A DNA stretch of 63,898 nucleotides, counting the filler, from Chrysochromulina tobinii (taxonomy: Eukaryota), in the NCBI GenBank assembly GCA_001275005.1. It is 5 parts of 5 records of this genome, joined end to end, with 100 filler letters (N's around TTAATTAATTAA, not from the genome) between each part and the next. Parts side by side here need not be neighbours in the genome. Positions count along the whole stretch, not along the records: positions 16,345 to 34,631 come from JWZX01000969.1; 4 more parts are not named here. One strand, 5' to 3'. Shown here one piece after another: positions 22,909-33,000 of the stretch (positions are counted from its first letter, which is position 1; every line of letters starts with the position of its first letter). The translations under genes and the position numbers were made by a program. A model generated the notes under the pieces. It was not told where the DNA came from, made no database searches, and saw only the letters and a list, made by a program, of their open reading frames with translations.

Positions 22909-23364
22909 TCACGTTGCTCTGTAGAATTGCAAGATGACGTCATCGCAGGAGAACTGCGGCTTATTCGATTGGATCGCATCGACGACGGTGTCAAAGTCCC
23001 ACTTGCGACAATCGAGCATCCTACGCTCCCATTTGGCGCCCTGGAATTGGATGGCGGTGACGCCAACCAGGTAGTCCCCCACAGCGATGAGGCCGCTCTT
23101 GGCCGCGTTGCTATCCGGCACCAGCCCAACCACGGAGACACCCTTCTTTGGGTAGTCGTTCTCCTCGAACTGGATGCCCAGTGGTGTGGGCAGGACTACC
23201 TCAAAGACATTCTCCGGCAGCGGTCCTGTTGCTCCGCTGTAGTACTTGTCACCGTACTCTGCACGCGGCTCGCTGCATCGCTGCACACGTGCGGATCCGG
23301 AAAATGTCCCGAGTCCAGAGTGTGTCACGAGTCCAGGGTGTAACACAAGAAGGCAAAAGAGCAT
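22909..23364 (-). CDS. Small PDZ-domain protein, probably plastid-targeted
   Basis: Hydrophobic leader; EVVLPTPLGIQFEE...VSVVGLVPDSNAAKSGLIAVGDYLVGV. Confidence 0.75.
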   Translation of the reverse strand: MLFCLLVLHPGLVTHSGLGTFSGSARVQRCSEPRAEYGDKYYSGATGPLPENVFEVVLPTPLGIQFEENDYPKKGVSVVGLVPDSNAAKSGLIAVGDYLVGVTAIQFQGAKWERRMLDCRKWDFDTVVDAIQSNKPQFSCDDVILQFYRAT

Positions 23365-23366
23365 AA

Positions 23367-23522
23367 TATCTCGTCAGTTTCTCGTTCGCGGAGAATCGCG
23401 ACGCCTGGCTCCGCCGGTCGGAGGTGGGTCGGCGACAGTATGGGGAGGCCTCTTGCTCGAGAAGGAGGCTGTGAATTCACGCGACACCGAATTCCGCAAG
23501 AACGAGTGGGAAAAACACAATT
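23367..23522. repeat. Dispersed ~140-155 bp repeat with imperfect inverted ends (MITE-like), copy 1
   Basis: Aligns with 25104-25243 (atatctcg.tcagtttctcg.tcgcggagaatcgc...tatggggaggcctc...ctcgagaaggagg...gaattccgcaaga.cgag). Confidence 0.6.
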
Positions 23523-23872
23523 GAAGCGACGGCTACTGCACAAAGCGCTTTTAACGACAGCGCTCAACGGAAGCCTACACAGCCGGTCTGGCACTACGTC
23601 TCCTCCCGCTCCCCTCTATCTTCCTGTTCACCCTTCACGTCTTCCAACGCTCTGTGAGCACGTGTCGCCTTTCCTCAAGCCCTAGATAAATTAAATAGAA
23701 CGAGAGGCGGAGGCAACACGTGCAGAGTCTCCGCCGCCCTCAGGCCCTTTCGGATGATGATGTTGGCCTTCTCGCGCATCTACGCTCGCCGACTGATATC
23801 GATAAGGAAACGCCGCACAGCCGTGAATCAGCTGACAGTCAGGACCTCCGGCGCACACTTCCACCATGTGAC

Positions 23873-24427
23873 TTACTCGGTTTTTCCATGTGTGATCGGC
23901 GGAGTCCCTTTGGTGGAAGACCTGTGGAAGACGCGCTCATAGGAGATACCGGCATTGGTAGCGGTCTGCACGAGCGCGCCATCGTCTCGCCGGATGCTCC
24001 GGCGCGTGATCGTATCCGCAGTCCTTCTCGCCTTGTCCCTGGCCCTGGCGACGGTGACGAGGGTAGATCCCTCCCACCACGACGTCTTGATAAAATCATT
24101 GCCATCGGGGTCGACGTCAATCACCTCCTGGTGCAGTGGCAGCAGCTCGAGCCGCTCGCCAATAGGCGACGGCATCAGCACCTGCAGCACGCCATCGATG
24201 ATAGCAAACGAGAGCTCTGGCTTGAATGCGCCGGCCAGCTTGCGCTTAGCCCAGGGGATGCCAAGGTGCTTTAGGTACCCCTCGAGGTTCGTCACGCTCA
24301 CCTGCCTCCAGCTGCCCACGAATGCGAGCGCCTTCTGTGCGGTCTCGACGCTCGAGATCGTGTTGGTTCGGCGCACACGGACGGGTGGAGGATGATAAAA
24401 AATCTCGTCCGCGCGCCTCTCTGCCAT
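23873..24427 (-). CDS. Fatty-acid-binding protein / cytosolic lipocalin-like protein
   Basis: FVGSWRQVSVTNLEGYLKHLGIPWAKRKLA...KP, then beta strands ending TRRSIRRDDGALVQTATNAGISYERVF. Confidence 0.75.
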   Translation of the reverse strand: MAERRADEIFYHPPPVRVRRTNTISSVETAQKALAFVGSWRQVSVTNLEGYLKHLGIPWAKRKLAGAFKPELSFAIIDGVLQVLMPSPIGERLELLPLHQEVIDVDPDGNDFIKTSWWEGSTLVTVARARDKARRTADTITRRSIRRDDGALVQTATNAGISYERVFHRSSTKGTPPITHGKTE

Positions 24428-25103
24428 CACAACGCTGCACACGTCGCCTGGAGGCCTGTTCACCCTGTTAGGAGAGGCAGACGAAGAGGGTGAAGGATGA
24501 ACAGATCAGGAGGCCTTGGGAGAGGCAGATCTGGTAAGGATAGCAAAGAGCAGCGTATACAGAGGATCCCTCGAGGGAGACGAACCCACAGGTGAATACA
24601 GCCCAGCCCCGAAGCTCGTCTGCACCACCCAAAGCTCTGCGAAAAGCATAATCATTGCTCTTGTCCATGTGCCCATCTCGTTCAAGTTCCTGATCGACTC
24701 TGATCGAGACGGTCCGGGACTGCAGTCCGGGAAAAAGACGTCAGTCCGGGACTTACACGGGAAGTGGCCGTCCCCTGCGAATTTTCGTTATGAACGAAAA
24801 AAACCCGCAATCAAGTGGGCGGTGTGTGATGCGTACCGAGTGGGCGTGTGTGATGCGGACCTGTGGTGGCGCGTCTTGCCGAGAGGGAAAAATTTAACGA
24901 GAACGTGATGCGTACCGGTTCGAAAACACCGGGGGGAGCAAGGGGGGAGGAGCCGTCGCGCCCTATGACCGCCTCGTCCCACTTGAGCATCCGTAACTTT
25001 AAGGTTGGATTAGGCCAGAGTGACCTCACGACGGACCGGGGAGTCCCCCACGGCCGCGCCGCGTCCCCGTCCCTCACCGCCCTCAGTGACCGGCAAGCCC
25101 TGA

Positions 25104-25243
25104 TTATATCTCGATCAGTTTCTCGATCGCGGAGAATCGCTGACGCCTGGCTCCGCCATCCGGTGGTCGAGGGTGGCTATGGGGAGGCCTCGCTGCTCGA
25201 GAAGGAGGGAATTCCGCAAGAGCGAGAGGAAATAAAACAATTC
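25104..25243. repeat. Dispersed MITE-like repeat, copy 2
   Basis: Similar to 23367-23522; immediately upstream of ATG 25269. Confidence 0.6.
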
Positions 25244-25268
25244 ACGCCTGTGGTGACGGCCCCACGCA

Positions 25269-28200
25269 ATGGCGCCTCGTCTCGCGCTGGCGCAAAGCGT
25301 GCTGTGGCAAAGTCTGCGGACGCAACTACGGGCGGACGTAGCCGGCACCGCTACCTCCTCACGCCTCCTCAAGTCGTTCGACTCTCTGCCATATCGTTCG
25401 AACATCGGACGATCGTGGCTTCCTGATGTGGATGACCTGCGTGCTGTGGTCGGTGGATCGCTGTCCGACAGTCAGCTCCTCCGGAGACTCGAGCAGTCGG
25501 CTGAGTCGGCACGCGTGCAGCTTCTGCAAGTTGCCTCGGCCAGCGACGATCCTCGTGGCCACGTGATTGACGTGATAGACAAGGGCGCTCGCCAGGGCCA
25601 CCTTCACGCTGTCCTGTTGCAGAATCAAAGCAGCGTGGACCTCGAGCTCTTGATGGCCAATTGCGTCGTGCAACTGCGTCGTGGCGAACTCCGCTCGGCA
25701 TTGCAGGACATCCGGCGTGAGTTTTCAGAGTTCACGATCAGCGAGCCTCGACTACGGTGGCTCAGGGCCGTCCACTACGCACGCCAAGGCGCCGCATCGC
25801 CGAGCGAGTCGCTCTTCCGCACGGACCTCTTCCGCATGCTGGCGCGCTACGAGGGCCTCGCGGGCCTCAATGGAGCTGGCAATCAAGCGGCCGTCCCGCA
25901 CCAGGTATACTCGTGCTTTGAGTCATGGGCGGGCGCGCCCAACGGAAGCGCCGTGGAGGCCTTCGCCTCCCCTCTCAACCATCGCATGGAGCCCGCCATG
26001 GAGTCTCGAGTCCAGTTCGGCTCAGCGTTCCCTGACGTCGATGCGCCATTTGGCAGCCTGGGTCGCTTCACCGAGCTCCCTCGACTGCCACGTGGCTCGG
26101 ACGAACCTCGACTGCCACGTGGCTCGGACGGATGGACGGATGGACGCACAGACGGACGCACGCCCCCTCGCTTGCCACGTGGCTCAGCGCACACCTTGGT
26201 CCTCGCCAACCCTCCCTTTTTCCAGCCCACTCTCGACGCTCTGGAGCCCAAGCTGAGGGACTTGCTTCGTGCCGCCCCCGATGCGATCGCGCTGTGTGTC
26301 GTACCCGCGACGGGCGCACGCGAGCCCTCCGAAGCGCCGCACGTGCAGGCGCTCCGCGCCTCGCCCTTGACACGAGGTTCCATCAACCTACCCGCAGGAG
26401 AGCACGCCTACGCCTCGGGCGTCGCGCATCGGCTCACATGGCGCGAGCCGAGCGCCACGCGGCGCAGCACACGGCATCGCTGGCCCTCCCGCTACGCGAC
26501 GGAGGTGTTCGTGATGGCCGCGAAGCCTCTCGAGCTTCGGGGCGTCCGAGAGCTGCTCGAGATGGTGCGAGTGGCATTTGGCGTCGAGGATCGGCACGTG
26601 ACTGCTGATTTTCACGCGTCCACTGCTGACCTTCACGCGTCCACTGACGGTCAAGCTTCTACTCATCAGCATGCTCCTGCTCCTTCGAGGCACCGTCTCA
26701 GAGTCGTCGCCGCCTCCTCCGTCGCCTCTTCCACAGCCACCTCTTCCACAGCCACCTCAGCAGACAGCAGCGGAGAGGAGAGCCTTGAGCTTGAGAAGGG
26801 CACCCGACTCTTCGGCTGCGCTCCCTCTGGACCTGCCCAACGCGACCTCTTCGACGAGGTTCTCGTCGAGGCATCACAGCGCGACGCTGCGGCTCGTGCG
26901 GCACTAGCCCACGCCAAGAAGCGACAGAACACGCGGGTGTACAATCGCCTGCTCAAGAACGCGAGCGACCATCGCATCCTTTCGGTCGTCGAGGAGGCGG
27001 TTGAGCAAATGAGGCGCGATGGCGTGCCGGAGAATGAGTTCACGACGGCGCTCCGCATCAATGCCTTTGCACGCGTAGGCCGCATCGAGGACGCAACGGC
27101 AGTGGTGCGGGAGGCCGAAGCCCGAGGCTGGGCGCCGCTCCAGAGCAACGCGGCCCTCGAGCCTCTCATCAAAGGGATCCTTGAGACGCGCTTCGGTCCG
27201 CCGGGCGTAGGACCAGAGCACATTGCGAGCATGCCAACCGTTGGACCAGAGCACATTGCGAGCAGACGATCAGCGACAGCGCTCGGCAGTCGTCTCAACA
27301 GGCATCCGGACCAGTCGTTCGCCCGACTCTCTCAGGCACATCCGAGCGGAACTCGCTCACCTCCTCCATCGACCGCGCGGCATCGTATTCTGAGCGCCTT
27401 GCACTTGGTCCACGATCGTCTCGGTGTGGCCGGTTCGGAGCCCCCAAACTGGCGCACCGTCAACACGTTGCTTCGTGCATGCAAACGGTGGGAGCCGGAG
27501 CTGGGCCCCCACGTGCTCCACAGCTTCGATGGCTCGCTCCATCAGCACCCTTCCACCCTCGCGCTCTGCGCCGAGATTGCATGCGCAAACCTCGATGTGG
27601 AAGGCGCGACGGCGGCTGTGGAAGGCTTAAGGGCTCAGGCTGTCCCACCGGACCCTAGGCTACTCATTGGCCTCGCGTTGGCTATGGCCCTACGTGGCGA
27701 TCTGGGAGGCGCGTCCGCAACCATCGACGCCGCCGCTGCGTCCATCGAGTCAATCGCCCTAGAACGGGAGCCCCCCTCTCCAACCGACGCAAGAGCCGAG
27801 GGCGACATGGTGGCGATTCATCCCTTGGTACGCCGTGGCGTGCCGATGCGGTGGCTGCGGGCAGAGCACGCCATGGTCGCGCGCTTTGTGGCCGAAGGGG
27901 GGGGCGTGCAGGAAGAGGGGGAAGCAGCAGAGGGAGCAGAGCAATGGAGCAGCAGTGAAGGAGGGACTTCAGGTAGCTCGACGGCGCTGATGAGCTCATC
28001 AATTAGCTCACCGTTCCGGCGCAGCCCTCTTGTGAGTTGGCCACGAGAGCTTGAGGGATGGACGGCGACTGATCGGCTGCACCATCTGCTCACGAGCAAG
28101 GCGGCTACACGCGTCGAGGTGGGCGCTGGCTCGGGCGATTGGCTCGTCGCGCAGGCGGCCGCACAGCCAGACGTGGCGTGGGTGGCGATCGAGCCGCAGG

Positions 28201-28700
28201 TGGACCGCGTGTATCACATCTGGTCCAAGGTACAGATGCATCGACTGAGCAACGTGCACATCTGCGCGACCGATGCCACCGACGTCCTTCGTCGAGAAGG
28301 AGGGCTGATGAAACACATCATCGGCTCGCTCGATGCGATTTATCTGCGCTTTCCTTTCCCGCCAAGCCTCGAGCTCCGCGATCTCGCGCGCACCTCGCCG
28401 TCTCCAGATGCGCTGCTCAACGGCGCCTTCCTCGCTGACGCAGCGCGAGTTCTGCGACCGTTGGGGTCGCTCCAAATCCTCACCGACGAGCCTGCCTGCT
28501 GTGCCCTCATGCTCGCCATCCTCCAGACCCACCCAGCCGGCTCGGCGTTCCGCTCCGTCCACGGTAGGGATGGCTTTGCCAAGAGCGGCCCGACTCCCGC
28601 CACGGCGCTCGACGACTCCTTCTTTGACGCTGTGCTGGCGGACCGCGGACGCCGGCAGGCGCACGAGCGGTACGAATTGCATCTTAGGAAGGTGGCGTGA
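25269..28700 (+). CDS. Fusion of PCIF1/CAPAM-like adenine methyltransferase domain + PPR-like repeats + TrmB-like SAM methyltransferase
   Basis: EAFASPLN, FGSAFPDVDAPFGSLGRF and ANPPF (PCIF1-type); NTRVYNRLL..MRRDGVPENEFTTALRINAFARVGRIEDA and PNWRTVNTLLRAC (PPR-like); VEVGAGSGDWL..VAIE..IYLRFPFP..GSLQILTD (TrmB-like). Confidence 0.75.
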   Translation: MAPRLALAQSVLWQSLRTQLRADVAGTATSSRLLKSFDSLPYRSNIGRSWLPDVDDLRAVVGGSLSDSQLLRRLEQSAESARVQLLQVASASDDPRGHVIDVIDKGARQGHLHAVLLQNQSSVDLELLMANCVVQLRRGELRSALQDIRREFSEFTISEPRLRWLRAVHYARQGAASPSESLFRTDLFRMLARYEGLAGLNGAGNQAAVPHQVYSCFESWAGAPNGSAVEAFASPLNHRMEPAMESRVQFGSAFPDVDAPFGSLGRFTELPRLPRGSDEPRLPRGSDGWTDGRTDGRTPPRLPRGSAHTLVLANPPFFQPTLDALEPKLRDLLRAAPDAIALCVVPATGAREPSEAPHVQALRASPLTRGSINLPAGEHAYASGVAHRLTWREPSATRRSTRHRWPSRYATEVFVMAAKPLELRGVRELLEMVRVAFGVEDRHVTADFHASTADLHASTDGQASTHQHAPAPSRHRLRVVAASSVASSTATSSTATSADSSGEESLELEKGTRLFGCAPSGPAQRDLFDEVLVEASQRDAAARAALAHAKKRQNTRVYNRLLKNASDHRILSVVEEAVEQMRRDGVPENEFTTALRINAFARVGRIEDATAVVREAEARGWAPLQSNAALEPLIKGILETRFGPPGVGPEHIASMPTVGPEHIASRRSATALGSRLNRHPDQSFARLSQAHPSGTRSPPPSTARHRILSALHLVHDRLGVAGSEPPNWRTVNTLLRACKRWEPELGPHVLHSFDGSLHQHPSTLALCAEIACANLDVEGATAAVEGLRAQAVPPDPRLLIGLALAMALRGDLGGASATIDAAAASIESIALEREPPSPTDARAEGDMVAIHPLVRRGVPMRWLRAEHAMVARFVAEGGGVQEEGEAAEGAEQWSSSEGGTSGSSTALMSSSISSPFRRSPLVSWPRELEGWTATDRLHHLLTSKAATRVEVGAGSGDWLVAQAAAQPDVAWVAIEPQVDRVYHIWSKVQMHRLSNVHICATDATDVLRREGGLMKHIIGSLDAIYLRFPFPPSLELRDLARTSPSPDALLNGAFLADAARVLRPLGSLQILTDEPACCALMLAILQTHPAGSAFRSVHGRDGFAKSGPTPATALDDSFFDAVLADRGRRQAHERYELHLRKVA

Positions 28701-29566
28701 TAGAGGTTAGTATGCGACAGTTAGAGCGCTTCTGAAAATGGCATCTTAGGAAGGTGGCGTGATAGAAGTCAGACGAGAGCGCTTCTGCTCTTTCGTTTAG
28801 AGCGGACCTGCGCGGCCGCACATATCCGCACATCGCTGCTGTCTTTCGAAGTACGTTTGTACAAGTTTCAATTGACAAGTTTGTACGCATCTACTTTTTC
28901 ATGGCGGTCATGGCGGCGGAAGACATACAAGACGATTGACTAAACTGAATCGGGCGTCCGGTCCGTTACTCACGCCGCCACGGGCAGGGGCACGGCTCCC
29001 CCCGGCTCTCGGATCGGATGCGTCTCGCGACAAACGCTACAGACTCGCTGCACTCGCCCTCGCGGCCCTTCAAGAACGTTCAAGGCTCAAGCCTCTGCAT
29101 GCAATTCTTACTGTACCCGGTATCTACCGTAAGTTCCTGCGCGCGCGGGCGAGGTACCAACGGCAACACAGAGCCAGGACCCGCCCCGCGCCTCGACATG
29201 CGGCAACATGATTTCGCTCGAGACAGCCCCTGACGATCAGAACTCACGCACGTCACCCGCCGGCCGCCGCCCAGAACCATTCTATGCTGTTAAGTCACTG
29301 TCGTCGGCGCGGGCCTTTGTCGCGACCGTCGATTTGGGCACGACGTGGAGGGTGGGCATCGGCTCCTCGTGGAAGGTGAGGCGCTGCAGCAAGTCGCGGT
29401 CTCCCCAATATCCAATATCCCCCTGGATCCTCTGCCTCCCCAATATCCAATATCCCCCTGGATCCTCTGCCGCTCGCACAATGGACGGCTGGTTCATGTG
29501 GTGTCCATAGGGTCCCCTCAACAACACGGGTAGGGCTCCCACTTTGGCGAACGCATCTGGCGTCCC

Positions 29567-29990
29567 CTAGAAGTGCACCACGTACTTGGGGAGGAGCTGA
29601 GCGCCCGTCTTGAAGACGACCCAATCATCCCTCGGGTACCAGCTGTCGTCCACCTCCTGTCGTCCACCCTTTCCAGGGAGCGCCAAGCACAGTATCACCG
29701 ACCTGCTGTCTTTGCCGTAGAACTTGGGCGACTTAGGGCCCGTTGCAGCGTAAATGCCGTTCCCGTGTACTGCGCCGTTGGCTATCGGCGGACCTCCCGG
29801 TTGCCCCGCCACCTTGAACCCTCCGGTGCAGATGCTCTGGACTGTAGCAGCACTTGACGTGCCATGCCGCGTCGTCTTTGACCTGCTTCGCGGCCAGCCT
29901 GCGCTCGAAATCTTTGCCTGCAGCTTGTGACGCCGCACCCTGTTGTGCGGCCGTACCGCATACCGGACGAGCTTGAAGCCATCCTTCGTG
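29567..29990 (-). pseudogene. Orphan PARP-like (ADP-ribosyltransferase) catalytic fragment
   Basis: RHGTS...ICTGGF...HGNGIYAA...VILCLALPG...DWVVFKTGAQLLPKYVVHF; no clear start of its own and in a different frame from the upstream PARP gene. Confidence 0.65.
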
Positions 29991-30042
29991 CGAGTGCCTC
30001 TCGTATCAAGTTGCCCCACAGGACACTCTAGCGCATCCACGC

Positions 30043-33000
30043 TCACGCCATCGGCCCGCGGTCGCCCTCGTACCGCTGGTAAGCCAGCAGGTACTCGGGG
30101 TAGATGTACTCCGAGTGGAAGACGATGAACTCGCGGTAGCGATAGGGTGGTGAGACGTCGGCAAGCAGCGAGTGGTGAAGCACGGGCGGAGAGACGCCGG
30201 CCACCGTATCGAGCTCGCGGAACGAGATCGGAAACACGCGTCGACCCGTATCGGTGCTCGTGGCATCCCGACCAGCCTGCTTTGTGCGCACGTGATGGCC
30301 GAGCGCCACACGGCACACGAGGATGTAGAAGACCTTGCCTGGGTGGTGGCGCGCGCCGTGCGCGTACAGCCGCTTGTGCAGCTCCGAGCTCCCATCGTAC
30401 TGCAGATCCACTTTGGTGTACTGGTCATTCTTGCCCGCGTCCTCGGCCAGGTAGAGTCCCTCGCCGTACGCGGCTCCTACGGCCGTGCCGGCGAAGCGCT
30501 CGTTCAAGCCCGTGGAGAGGATGTTGATGAGCACGCCGGCGTTCGTACCGTGCATCAGGAAGGCCTCATTGGCGTCCACGCGCAGGTCGCCGGGCAGGGC
30601 GTCCGCTACGCGGCATGTAAGGGGCGGCGCGCCGCCCGCGGATGCCACTCGCCCCTGCCGGATGCGCTTCATGTCGTTCATCACACCCTGCACGCCGCTC
30701 ATGTATGTTTCCCACCGCGCCGGGTTCTCGAGGCGCCACGCGCTCGCGAGCTTCAGTCGGTCGTGCGTGGTGCCCCCCCGATCGGTACCGCTCTGTTTCA
30801 GCTTCACTGGGTCGGTCTGCAGCAGCCTTTCGAGTGCGGCCCACGTGCTACGGTCGCGGCCAGGGTCGAGGGCAATCGAGGCGAAGCCATCCGGCGAACT
30901 GCGCTTCTCCCAGTAGTTGGGCATGGCGCGGGCCTTTTTGCGCTCGATGCGAAGCTCATCACGCTCCTTGGTGGCCTTGGCCTCAGCGCTCTCCGCCTCG
31001 GCCTTTCTCAGCGCACACTCGAGCGCCACTCGCTTCTCCTCAGCTTCGAGCTCCTTGCGCCTTGTCTGCGCCTGTGCGCGCTGCTGCGTGGCCTCGCGGT
31101 CCGCCTCCGCGCGCTCTGCCCTGGCGTCACTCATGAGCTGCGCCGCCGCCCGTGCCTTCGCCTCCGCCTCCGCCTCCTGCTCGCGCACTTTTTGCCGCTC
31201 TTGTTCGAGGCGGCGCTGCTCGCGCTGTATCTCGTTGCGCTTCGCCGCCGCTTCGAGCTCGCTCTGCTTAATGGCCGCCTCTAGCGCCTCCTCCTGCTCC
31301 GCCTGCCTGCGGCGCTGCTCGGCCTCACGCCAGGCAGCCTCACGATCCCGACGCGCCGCCTCCTGCTCGACGGCAGCCATCTGCTGCGCCGCCTCTTGTG
31401 ACGCCTTGGCGGCCGCCTGCTGAGCCTTGGTGCTCACCTCGAGCGCGGCCGCCGTGTCGAGGAATGCATGCCGAAGCGTCTGGCTCGCGCTCAGTCGCCG
31501 CGCGAGTGCCTCTTCGCTGGTCGCCGCGTCGGCAAGAAGGCTCTCGAGTAAATGCGGCAAGTGCGCGTCCGCCTGATTCGCCAGGTCGCGCGACCAATCG
31601 CTGAGCTTGCGGTCGTCCTCCTTTTCGAAGTGGCGGATGGCGTCCTTCTGCTCCTTGGCATTCGGTGGCAGGCAGCACGCGAAGAGGCAGCAGACGCCGT
31701 AGGAGAACATGTCGCCCATCGCTGTGGGCTTCGCGTCTCGCTCGCGGCCCTCTCTGCTCGCCTTGAGGATCTCGGGCGCCACGTAGAGCTCGGTGAAGGC
31801 GATGCCACCGCCCGTGCTCGCCCTCAGGCTGCTGCGCGTGTCCATCGAGTGTTGGCGGCGCGCGGACTCGAAGTCGGCCAGGTGCGCCGTCGCGCGCTCG
31901 CCCTCGAGCGACACGAGGACATTCTCAAGCTTGACGTCGCCGTGCGCGAGGCCGTGGCTGTGCATGTGGCGGAGCGCCTCGCACAGCTGCCCAAGCAGCA
32001 CCTTACGCTGCGAAATCCTGGGCTTTCTATGGCTCAGGAGCTGCTCCAACCAAGTCTGATCGGGAACCTCACCGTTGAGCCACCTGAACATGTCGCCGCC
32101 ATTGTAGTACGGCAGCTGCACGTACGCGGCGTAGCTACCTGGCGCGTTGACGTCGAAGACGGCGTCGACGGTGGCGATGAACAGGCATTCTGAGAGCTGG
32201 TCAAGCAAGTTCACCTGATGAGGGAGGTCATCAGTGATGAGGGAGGTCATCAGTGATGTCATCAGGCATTATGAGAGCTGGCCGAGCAGTTTCACCTCTT
32301 TGAGCAGCGCCTTCCACTCGGATGCATCGCTCAGATTGTACTCCTTGAGCACACAGAGCTCAGCCTTCGCCCCGTCACCGGCGTAGCTCGCACGCCACAC
32401 CTTGTGCCTCCCGTTCGTGGCGCTGATAAGTTTCATGTCGTTGTAGTGCGAGAGCTCGCGCTTAACGAGCACACGCCGCAGATCGTCCGAGTCGAACCCC
32501 TCCGCCGCGCCCAGCTTGAGCAGAGGCTCCATCGCGAAGAGCTCCGGGAAGTGCGCGGCGGCCACCTGGGCCAGCCTCATGCGCTCGGCGTGCAGCGCGC
32601 GCTCGGCGCGCTGCACTGCACTTCGCGCTTGGCGGGTGGCCTGGATGGCTGTGGCTGCGTCTGCTGCACTCGCATGGCGCTTCGCCTTATTCTCGTCGTT
32701 TTGCCTGTCACCGAGATCGTCAGTGGCGGCGATCCATTCCTTATGCAGAGCGTGGAGCTCGACGGTGCTTGGCCGCTCAGTGTGGTGGAGCAAGTCCTCT
32801 TGCTCCTCGCGCACTGTGCCGATCTCGAGCATGGGCAGCACATGATTGTGCAGACGCTCGAGCCACACCTGCTCGGCAAGCGTGAGCCCGCACTCCCCCT
32901 GCTGCTTCTGCTGCAAATCGGCCGCCTCCGTGTTCAGGCTCTGCCGCTCCTCCTCGCCCTTGTTGTGTACGTGGAGCGCTTCCTCGAGCACACGGACCAA

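Noticed and set aside
28679..28770. Duplication of the last ~26 nt of the methyltransferase gene
   Set aside because: Lacks the acceptor module and clear splice sites, so not counted among the exon-copy introns.
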